Shown here piece by piece: positions 11,701 through 23,700 of a stretch of DNA of 64,000 nt. Each line of letters opens with the position of its first letter. The stretch's first letter is position 1. The notes beneath the pieces are model-generated. The model searched no databases, was not told the DNA's origin, and saw only the letters and a list, made by a program, of their open reading frames with translations. Made by a program: the position numbers and the translations under genes. The stretch is from Macrostomum lignano (lineage: Eukaryota): contig NIVC01002871.1 of the NCBI GenBank assembly GCA_002269645.1, positions 68,901-132,900 of the forward strand, read 5' to 3'.

Positions 11701-14700
11701 TCTGGCTTATCTCCCATCTGGCTTATCTCCCATCTGGCTTATCTCCCATCTGGCTTATCTCCCATCTGGCTTATCTCCCATCTGGCTTATCTCCCCTAAT
11801 TCATATATGCTGTCTCATATCTTATCACTTCTCTTTTATCTGCACTCCTTCTAAACCTACTCTGTCCTGTCTCCACTTTACTTACAATTTCATCGGACAG
11901 TGACAGCATGTCCAGCGGTCCGTACATGAACCTGGCTGTCACCACCTGCGATTGGCCCTCCGTCACGATGACGTCATTCGCTCTGTGATTGGCTGTCGCG
12001 TGCTAAAAATAGCAAGATTGGATAAGTTTTATAAAAGCGACTCATAATCGAGTTCTAAGCTGGAGAAGGCTAACCTACCCGGACTACAATAGTAGAAAAG
12101 CTAACAATGCATATAAGCATTTTGTAGCAATCAAATTAGAAACAAATGAAATTAAACAATAGCATGGATTTATAACAATGCCTTTAAATTATGTAACACT
12201 GCTGCGCCTCCCTACCAATGCGATACAACAGTAAAATGTTTTATTGCACAAACAAAAACTACTTTAAAAAATCGTTCTCAAATTGCACTACTTCATCTAA
12301 GTAGTAAGATGCGAATCTTTATTAAAAATGAAAGAATTTTTTTACAACCGGAAGGCCATCAGTATCAGAGTGCTGGACCACTGGTAGCCACGCGACCCAA
12401 ACAAAGACTCATAGAGCTACATATAGACATAAACAACAAAGACGGTGCGCATTTTAATGAGCAGGCGAAGTTAAATTTACCACAGTTTTTGTAATAGCAC
12501 AAAACTCATTCGCTACTCTCGACGCCATAAAACATCGACAAAACAAATAGAATTTTATGGCAGGATAAATCCAACTTGACTACTCATATAGCGATCCTTA
12601 CCACAGTAATATGAGGCAGACAGGCGGACTGGTTTTCATGAAGAGAATTGAGAGAAAAAGTAGGTAGAAAAAATTTACTACTTCTCTACTTCCTACGCTG
12701 ATCAGTAGTCGCACTAGCACACATAAACCATTTAGGAATCAACAGTATAATTTATTCGGGCTTCAAATTTTATTGGCTACTGCCAGTGAAGTGTTTACAA
12801 TAATCGCCCCTCCAGCAAAGACACTCGCCAGTCAAACTTCAAAGGCCGGTTTTTATATAAGCTAAAATACTTAAAAATCGCTTTTTTGTGTCTTATTAAA
12901 TTAGGCAAAAATACTTTACTTACTGCTTATATCAGTAGGCAAATAGGCAACTATCATTATAATACGAGCGTATTTGAAAAATTCATAAAATAAAATTAAA
13001 GTACCTTCAATCGAACCCCGCCAGTCAAGCGTCTTCGAAGGCGTTTCTTTCCAGACGCCGACGCCTCGGAGCCGCCGGCTGACATGAAAGACAGGCCGGC
13101 ACCGGAGTATGGAGTGGGTGTAGTACTTCCCGATTCTCGATCGAGATCAAGCTCTTCATCGCCGACAAGACTGCTGGCAGATTGGTACATCTGTAATCGG
13201 TGAGATCTTCAATCACAATCGAGCTCAAAATGATTCGAGCTATTATAAATGTTTTTAAGAATCAACTGCTCTAACCGATGTAGCTGCCGTGGATGTGCCG
13301 CCCGGATGCCCAGCCGATCCGTAAGGCACATGAATCTGCTGTCGAAGAATAAACGCGGCAGCGTCGGCGCTCTCCCAATAGCTGGCGTGGAACAGCAGTG
13401 GCATAGCGTTGACGGGGAATCTGGTTAGCGAGTCCGGGCAGTGCAGGCTGTAATCCAGCCGCCTGGCGCCCCACCAGCGCTGGCAGACTGCGGGTGCGTG
13501 TCAGGCAGCAATATTATTATTCTACTTTCCTAAATTCAATTGAGTAGCAAGCATTGAAAATGACAGCTATTTTTTAGAGGAGAAGAGCTATCTAAAATTG
13601 TGGTACATTGCAGCACATGATAATAGTGGATGGGGTAGTAAAATCTGTGTGCGGGGCTACAGAGAGGACGGAGGCTTAACCCCCCTCCCCAGGGTGAGAG
13701 GTTGGGGCAAAAAAAATCTGTGTGCGGGGCTACAGAGAGGACGGAGGCTTAACCCCGCAGGGTGAGAGGTTGGGGCAATAAAATCTGTGTGCGGGGCTAC
13801 AAAGAAGTAAACCCCCCAAACAGATAAGCAATACAATCGGAAGGGGTTGGGGTTGCAGAGAAACGACGGGGACAGGTTAAAAGAGCTGATAAAACAAAGT
13901 TGAGTCGAGATTAGCTTAATAGCGTATGTGCCGTGTTTCTTTTCTCAGTTAGTATAGACCACACAAAGTTACTGTCTCACCATCCTGCATGAGCTCCAGT
14001 AGCGAGGCGTCCACTCCGCCACCGCTACAGCCGCTGGAGCCGGAGTTCTGCCGAGATAGCCGGCACCCGATTCGCTCTTGCGCTGTGGCCGGAGGTTGCG
14101 ACGGCGGCGGTGGAGGCGGCGGCGGCGGAGGCGGCTGAAGATGCGATGCCTCTGACTGCAGCAACTCTGGACAGGTGTTCAGCGTCTCAACTAGAGTTAT
14201 GGACTCGGCTAGGTGTTGCAGCTGCATCTGCAACTGAAGCTGGTGCTTCTGCTGTTGCTGCTGATTCTGCGGCAGCAGGCTGCATTTGGGCAGCGAGACC
14301 GGCGCCAACCAGCGAAAGCTTTCGGCTAGCAGCGGTTCCAGCCGGAACGAGCAGGGATCCGTGTTGTGGTAGAGGTTGTACACCTGCTCGCAGGCTGGCC
14401 GAGCTGCCCGGTATAGGAAGAACAAGATGGGATTAAATGGATTGCTAATTTGCTAGCAATCACGTGGTTAAGGCGGGTAGTAGTCTCTACCCTACCTGCT
14501 TACCTGCCATATCTATCAGGATAGTAGCTATACTGAGCTCCCTGCCGTGTCTATCAGGATAGTAGCTATACTGAGCTCCCTGCCGTGTCTATCAGGATAG
14601 TAGCTATACTGAGCTCCCTGCCATGTCTATCAGGATAGTAGCTATACTGAGCTCCCTGCCATGTCCACCAGGATAGTAGCTATACTGAGCTCCCTGCCAT

Positions 14701-17700
14701 GTCTATCAGGATAGTAGCTATATTGAGCTCCCTGCCATGTCTACCAGGATAGTAGCTATACTGAGCTCCCTGCCATGTCTATCAGGATAGTAGCTATACT
14801 GAGCTCCCTGCCATGTCTATCAGGATAGTAGCTATACTGAGCTCCCTGCCATGTCTATCAGAATAGTAGCTATACTGAGCTCCCTGCCATGTCTATCAGG
14901 ATAGTAGCTATACTGAGCTCCCTGCCATGTCTATCAGAATAGTAGCTATACTGAGCTCCCTGTCATGTCTATCAGGATAGTAGCTATACTGAGCTCCCTG
15001 CCATGTCTATCAGGATAGTAGCTATACTGAGCTCCCTGCCATGTTTATCAGGATAGTAGCTATACTGAGCTCCCTGCCATGTCTATCAGGATAGTAGCTA
15101 TATTGAGCTCCCTGCCATGTCTATCAGGATAGTAGCTATACTGAGCTCCCTGCCATGTCTATCAGGATAGTAGCTATACTGAGCTCCCTGCCATGTCTAT
15201 CAGGATAGTAGCTATACTGAGCTCCCTGTCATGTCTATCAGGATAGTAGCTATACTGAGCTCCCTGCCATGTCTATCAGGATAGTAGCTATACTGAGCTC
15301 CCTGCCATGTCTATCAGGATAGTAGCTATACTGAGCTCCCTGCCATGTCTATCAGGATAGTAGCTATACTGAGCTCCCTGCCATGTCTATCAGGATAGTA
15401 GCTATACTGAGCTCCCTGCCGTGTCTATCAGGATAGTAGCTACTAAGCTACCTACCTACGAGTACATGTGGTTAGCAGGTACTGCACAACTTACATCGAT
15501 GCTAGAAAGCAGTAAGCTCGAACTCAAATACTTTCTCGCGACACTATGTACACTATTCACCTTTTAATTCCGAACTCAGTCAGTAGCGAATAATACAGGG
15601 AAGGAAAGGTCTATATAAGTGGGATAATGTGGTCTCTGTAGATTTTTACGTCGCATGGACTTTCCCCAGATTCCCCATGGATTTCCCACGGTTCCACTCA
15701 CGAAGCCTGTCTTGCCCCAGCGCTAGCTGCCGGTAGGTCAACAGCAGAGCCAGCGGACAGCCCAGCAAGAAAAAGTCGGCTACCGGAAAGTCCAAACGAA
15801 TTTGCGTCGAGTTGCTGGAGTCGCCGGCATCATCGGCGTTGTCGGCGTCGGCTTTGGCGGCTACGCTGGCCAGAATGTCGTAGCCGACGATGCCGCCGAT
15901 GCTGTCTCCGATCAGGCACACCTGGGGGTATGGGGTTAGGCGAAGTGGCCAGCCTAGGGTGAGACGGATTCGAAATATAAGAGATGTGCCATAAATTTCA
16001 CTATTAAGTAAGTGATGCATCACTGAGCTGAAATACTTACAGAGTCTGCCAAAAAGCAGTCGAGAGTGGCACCATAGTGACAGAAACATCAACTGAGAGA
16101 GAGATAAAGTCATACATCCTAGCATGAATGATAGGTCTAAGCGTGACAGATACATGTGCATCCGAGAGTGACAGATACATGTGCATCCGAGAGTGACAGA
16201 TACATGTGCATCCGAGAGTGACAGATAAATGTGCATCCGAGAGTGACAGATAACAAAAAACGCACCCTGGCATTGGCAAACTCTTTGCCCTCATCAGTAG
16301 CCAGAAATTCTCGCCGCCTCTCGTTGAGCCGCCGCGCCACGCCAGCCAGTAGGCCCGGATAGTCGGGCGTCGACGTCATCAGTAGCGGCACGGTGGCGAT
16401 CGGCGCGTGATCGAAAGACAGCGCCAGAGAAGCGTCAGCCGACGATCGCTGCAGCCGGTAGTTGTAGGGCGACACCGCCGCTAGGCGTTGCAGCGAGGCG
16501 GCAACCAGAGGCGGCGACGACACCAGTCGGACGGCGAATCGGCCGCGCAGGCGTCGATAGGCCGGCGACGATTGGGCGACAGCGTTGAGGCAGCTGCGCA
16601 GAGTGCTGGCGTCGGCGTGTTTGTTGTGGTACTCGTGGTTGGTGTCAAGCACGCTGCCACCGTGCAGGACTAGAAATAGCACGCGCTGCTGCTGCTGATG
16701 GTGGTGGTGGTGTTGATGGGGCCGCTGGTGCGGAAGCTCCTGTGGCGGCGGTGGAGGCGGCGGCGGCGGCGGTGGCCCGGGCGAGGTGAGCGTCGAGGAC
16801 CGGCTGTTAACGAGGGTGTAGCTGCTGGCACAGGTGGCAAAGGAGGCCGTCTCGGCGATCTCGGAGCGGGCGTCGAAGTATTCGTCGGAGATGGACAGGG
16901 CGTCGAATTCAGGGTCGGCGTCCGACTGAGCATCGACTGCGACGTGTACTGTTGCTATGCGGGGTAGGCAACGGTATGTAGGGGTGGGTGTTTTTTTTCT
17001 GCCTGCTAGCGGCGGGCGAATAGGCAATGCTACCGGTCCTAGCGAATCTATTTCCGCGGAATTTCAGGCAGTCCTGTTTTACTCCTTCGTCGTAGAGCGA
17101 TTCAAAATACGGATATTCATTCTCTGAGCAACCCAAATTTAAGTCTTGATCCTCTGAGCCATTTTCCATTTTAGAAATTTCCATCAGATAAACCTAGTTT
17201 AGGACAATCGTCCTCTGCTTAATCTCGTCGTTGAGACACCCGTCCTCTAAGTAACCTCATTTGAGACACTAGTCCTCTGAGTAACCTCATTTGAGACACT
17301 CGTCCTCTGAGTAACCTCATTTGAGACACTCGTCCTCTGAGTAACCTCATTTGAGGCACTCGTCCTCTGAGTAACCTCATTTGAGACACTCGTCCTCTGA
17401 GTAACCTCATTTGAGACACTCGTCCTCTGAGTAACCTCATTTGAGACACTCGTCCTCTGAGTAACCTCATTTGAGACACTCGTCCTCTGAGTAACCTCAT
17501 TTGAGACACTCGTCCTCTGAGTAACCTCATTTGAGACACTCGTCCTCTGAGTAACCTCATTTGAGACACTTGTCCTCTGAGCAGCCCCATTTGAGATACT
17601 TGTCCTCTGAGGCCTGGTCTAACTGACCCAACGAACAATGACCCCCAACGGATCTCACCACTAGCGAGATGCTCACTCAGATGCGAGTTCCCTGACGCCG

Positions 17701-20700
17701 CCGTCGCCGCTGTCGTTGACGCCGCAGCCGAGGCGGCGGGCGACGCTGGCAGCCGTTGCGAGTGGCCGGACGACGACGACGACGAAGCTACGGTGAGAGC
17801 AGCGCAAGCGTCGCCCGCAGAGGCGGAGGCTGGCGAACGAACTGCCGCGTCGAGACTGCCGGCCTGGACAGAGCAAAAATGGCAAGTAGAAGAGCCGAAA
17901 AACAGCGTGCCATATTTGTATGCACAGGTACGAAGTAATTCTTGAGTGGCCTTTAGCTTGACGTTTCTAGCTGAAATTCTAGGAAACTGGTCAATTCCTA
18001 GAATGATACAATTAGGTAAAGAGTGACATGGATAGGGCAAAAGGAGTGACACAAAAAGTGACACTAGAACGTCAAGAAGTGATACAAATAAAATTCAAAA
18101 GTGAAACAAGTGACACAAAAGAGATCTTATACTAACACAGAGAAGCTCAAAGAGTGAAACAATAAAGATCACAGAGTGAAACAATAAAGATCACAGAGTG
18201 AAACAATAAAGATCACAGAGTGAAACAATAAAGATCACAGAGTGAAACAATAAAGATCACAGAGTGAAACAATAAAGATCACAGAGTGAAACAATAAAGA
18301 TCACAGAGTGAAACAATAAAGATCACAGAGTGAAACAATAAAGATCACAGAGTGAAACAATAAAGATCACAGAGTGAAACAATAAAGATCACAGAGTGAA
18401 ACAATAAGGATCACAGAGTGAAACAATAAAGATCACAGAGTGACACAATAAAGATCACAGAGCTACACAATAAAGATCACAAAGTGACACACGGAAGATT
18501 CCAGAGCTACACAATAAAGATCACAGAGTGACCTAAATCTCCCAGAATGATCTCAACCGTCCCTAAAAGCGTCACCTCTTCGAGCGCGGCAGCAGCCATC
18601 CGCGCCTGCAAAGCCGCCGCTGTCTCCGCCTCCAGACGCCGGATGTCGTCGATACTCAGGCCGACCCACTCGTCCTGCCAGGCCCAGGCCTGCCTGTGCG
18701 CTCTCAGCATGGTCTTGCGCAGGGCCACGTCGTGTATGAATCTCTCGATTTTAGTCTGCATGCCCCAGTAGCGGAATTCCACCCGGCACAGCTTGTAGCT
18801 GCACATCACCCGGCCTCCACCGCCCAGATTGCGCCTCCAATCGTCGGCTAGAGGGCCGCGGCCGGTCGCCTTGGAGACAAACAGACGCGGATCCTCGTCG
18901 CGATGATAGTGGCCGGGATCGACCCAGTCGCGGACGATGTCGATGTAATCCACTTGGCGCGCGAGATCGTTGCCCTAGATAATGAAATTAGCGTTTTTAT
19001 ACGTTTTTCTAATTTTAGTAGGGTTTTTTGAGTAGACACTTTATTTTAATGTGCGTCAGAGAGCAAGAGAAATAGGCCGCTTAGAAATATGCATCGAGAA
19101 GAGTTAGTAGGGTGCGGAAAAACATTGCTTGCATAGTTATTGATTGTCGGTCTTGATTAACCGGAATGTAGGAGTACACTCTTTGGAATGTACCCTGTCT
19201 GGAGTGTACACTGTCTGGAATGTACACCGTCGAGAATGCACACTGTCTCTGGAATGTACCCTGTCTCTGGAATGTACCCTGTCTGGAGTGTACACTGTCT
19301 GGAATGTACACCGTCGAGAATGCACACTGTCTCTGGAATGTACCCTGTCTCTGGAATGTACCCTGTCTGGAGTGTACACTGTCTGGAATGTACACCATCG
19401 AGAATGCACACTGTCTCTGGAATGTACACTGTCTGAAATATACCCTGTCTGGAGTGTACACTGTCTGGAATGTACACCGTCGAGAATGCACACTGTCTCT
19501 GGAATGTACCCTGTCTGGAGTGTACACTGTCTGGAATGTACACCGTCGATAATGCACACTGTCTCTGGAATGTACACTGTCTGGAATGTACACCGTCGAG
19601 AATGCACACTGTCTCTGGAATGTACCCTGTCTGGAGTGTACACTGTCTGGAATGTACACCATCGAGAATGCACACTGTCTCTGGAATGTACACTGTCTGA
19701 AATATACCCTGTCTGGAGTGTACACTGTCTGGAATGTACACTGTCGAGAATGCACACTGTCTCTGGAATGTACACTGTCTGGAATGTACACTGTCTGGAA
19801 TGTACACCGTCGAGAATGCACACTGTCTCTGGGATGTACACTATCTGGAATATACCCTGTTTGGAGTGTACACTGTCTGGAATGTACCCTGTCTGGAGTG
19901 TACACTGTCTGGAATGTACCAGTACACTGTCGAGAATGCACACTGTCTCTGGAATGTACACTGTCTGGAATGTACACTGTCTGGAATGTACACTGTCTGG
20001 AATGTACACTGTCTGGAATGTATGTACACTGTCTGGAATGTACACTGTCTGGAATGTACACTGTCTGGAACACATAACTGTGGTCGGGAATGTACACCGT
20101 CGAGAATGCACATGTCTCTGGAATGTAGGTCTACACTGTCTGGAATGTTGAAATGTACGTACACCGTCTAAAGTGATTTATGCAGCTCCCTCAAAATGCA
20201 CGCTTTATCTTGCAGCTACATCAATTGCTCAAGCTATTTATATTTGTATTACTTTAGGCAATATGGAGATCGAAGAATGTTTACAATAAAAAAACGACCC
20301 AGTATAAACTACTATAAGCAAAAATACCCGCTTTCTTCAATTACAACGTTATAAAAACGCTAAAAGTACAAATATTTGCAACTCTCACCTCCAAGCCGAA
20401 GACATTCTCGGCATCGCCGCCGTCGTCTCTGTAGACGGTCTCAATCTCGAGTAGGAATTTCTCCACAAACGGGCACTTGTAGCGGGTTTTTGTATAGGGG
20501 TATGCATTCCAGGCTTCTTCTTCCACTCGAAGTGCCGACTTGGGCAGGATGGCGCGGAACCAGGCTGTGGTTGGGCGTTGCATCGGGTAGGCAGTTCAAT
20601 GGCACTCCATAGACACCTCGATAATACTAATGGCACTCCATAGACACCTCGATAATACTAATGGCACTCCGTAGACACCTCGCTACTATTAATGGCACTC

Positions 20701-23700
20701 CATAGACACCTCGCTACTATCAATGGCACCCCATAGACACCATGCTACTATCAGTGGCACTCCATTGACACCATGCTATTATTAATGGCACTCCATAATA
20801 GACACCATGCTACTACATGTATCAGTGGCACTCCATTGACACCTCGCTACTATCAATGGCACTCCATTGACACCTCGCTACTATCAATGGCACTCCATTG
20901 ACACCATGCTACTATCAATGGCACTCCATTGACACCATGCTACTATCAATGGCACTCCATTGACACCATGCTACTATCAATGGCACTCCATAATAGACAC
21001 CATGCTACTACATGTATCAGTGGCACTCCATTGACACCTCGCTACTATCAGTGGCACCCCATAGACACCATGCTACTATCAGTGGCACCCCATAGACACC
21101 ATGCTACTATCAGTGGCACCCCATAGACACCATGCTACTATCAATGGCACCCCATAGACACCATGCTACTATCAATGGCACCCCATAGACACCATGCTAT
21201 TATTAATGGCACCCATAGACACCATGCTATTATTAATGGCACCCCATAGACACCATGCTATTATTAATGGCACCCCATAGACACCATGCTATTATTAATG
21301 GCACCCCACAGACATTTTCCTATCCTAAATGTCACTTGAAACTCCATGGTACAAGTACTGCTTATTAAACACTTTACTATCGCTGACAGTGCACAACAAA
21401 ATACAAACAGCACGTGACTACTTTTAAGTAGTAGAAACCGGCAACGGAGGCTCACCAGGCAAGTGGCTGCCAATGTGGTAGATCTTAAAAGTGTACTGGC
21501 CCCGGCCGCCCGGCCCGTTCTCGTACGGCTCGTTAATGATTATCTCCACGCCGGACCCGCTGCCGGTGCTCTCTTCGCGGGATTTTTTCTGCGTTGTTAA
21601 AATTGTGGGTAAAGTGTCGGTGAATGCGTTGGTGATGATGTCGATAAAAGTGTGGATAAAGTCGATTAAAGCGTTAATTAATATTTCGATGAACGTGTCG
21701 TTGAAAGTGTCAGTGAAAGCGTCGGTAATAGTATCGATGAAAATGTCGATGAAGGCGTCAGTAATAGTGCCAATGAGAGTGTCGGTGAATATTGGCGAAC
21801 TGTCGATAAAAGTGTCGACAGCACTGCACTCCGCTGGCAGAATTTATTAATATATTCGTACAATCCCAGTAAAACACTTCAGGACACGGTGTCCGCCAGT
21901 CCAGCTCTGATTTAAACATGACATTTGATGGGCAGGGCAGGCTGCCAGCCAAAGTGCCTCTGCCCAGATCCCTCGAGTAAGAAGAAGCGCGCTACTCCAA
22001 AGCCCAGCAATGAACTCATAGTCATACTCATAAGCAAAGCTGTGTCGTTTTTTAGCTTGTCCGCTTCTTGAGCTGAGACAGAAAATGAGAGAGGCTGCGC
22101 TGGAGCCTCATCAAGCCTCGGGTATCGGGACATAGCTTGGGGGGGAGGGGGCAGTGGACAGCGGATGAGGGGAGGCAACGAGCCGAAGTGAATTCAATCG
22201 ACTTGGCAAACAGGACGAGAAACTTGCGAGCTCTTCTGGAAGATAGGTTTTTTCTGTTTCTTTTTATATAACGTTATATTATACTTTTATTTAAGTACGC
22301 AGAGCTGACCCCGATAAAGGCCAGACTGTCAGAACGGGCTCTGGGATGAAGGAGGGTAATTTCCTCACCCCCGACCCCCAATAACCGCATTTTCGGGATC
22401 TGAATTCAGAAAGCTGAACTGCTTCATCAGGGCTTGGAGAGTAGGCGAAATTGCGGAATAATAAAACTTAAATTTAAAGCGGATGTCACGAAAGCGAAGA
22501 ATTTTAGAATGGTTACCATGGAACCATGAAGTTCCTGATGAAACATCCGGAAAGGAAACCGACTACTGGCCACAGATACTATATAATATAGTATATAATA
22601 TAATATAGTATCTGTGCTACTGGCTTGACCAATAGAAATCTAGGCAAGTGAACAACTTTTGGTTCAACCCTCGCTTCGATATTTGGTCCAGAAAGACGGT
22701 TCAGATTTTTTCCAATTGGATCATAGACAGTTCAAGTCATAAACAGGTTGGGTCATGGGCAGATCGGTTCAAAGACAGTTTAGGTCATAGACAGGTTGAG
22801 TCATAGACAGACTGGGTCATAGACATTTTGAGTCAGTTTGAGTAATAAACATGCAATCTGGGTCACATAATTTGGGTAATAAACAGTTTGGTTTCACAGA
22901 CAGTCTGGGTCATACGTGTAGGTCGGGGACTTAAAGGTCAGGGGTTTGATTCTCGAACCACTCGGAACAATTTGTGTCTTTGAGCAAGGCACTCAACTCT
23001 GCATTGCTTCAGTTCACCCAGCTGTAAAATGGGTGCCAGCATTAGCTGGGGTAATTGAAGGTAATGTGTGGCGACCCCCCAGTCCTTGGACTGAACAGCC
23101 GTGCGCAGCCTTCAGATGCGCCGCGCAATAGCTGCGGCTGAGCTGTCGGTTGCACATCTATTAGGTGCAGATGTAATCAGTTATTATTAGTAATTTAATT
23201 GGGTCATAGGCAGTTTCAGTTATAGATAGTTACGTCATAGATAATTTAGGCCATACTCATAGAAGCTTTGCTGTGCCGTGACCTTTTCTTTTCCAGATGC
23301 ATTTATTTAAAGGTCCTTGGCCAATTGCCATTCGCAATCATTTCTAACAACGTTTTCTTTATTAATTACTTTAGTTTGCTACAGAACGCATGACTTCTTG
23401 GCAAAAAAGCAATTAATCGCCCTAGAAAAGCAATTTAATTGGCGAAGCGCGCGTGCCAAAGCTAAAAGTACAAAAACAGTAAAATTCAGGGCAAAACAAA
23501 ATCTTTTTATTTATTTTGAACCTTTAGCGCTGTATGAAGGTGCAGCAACTTCCAGTCCAATCAAAGATGGGCCATCAAGCGTTTAACCCAGAAAGTTAGT
23601 GCAGCAAGAAAGCTTGTAAGATCAACAATTCAATCAATTAATCAACCAATCGAACAATTAATTAATCAATTAATCAATCAATCAGTCAATAAATTGACCA

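Noticed and set aside
21590-21850. Plus-strand ORF MYWPRPPG...VSMKMSMK
   Set aside because: It is antisense to rdgB exon 2 plus a degenerate GTCGATGAA intronic repeat.
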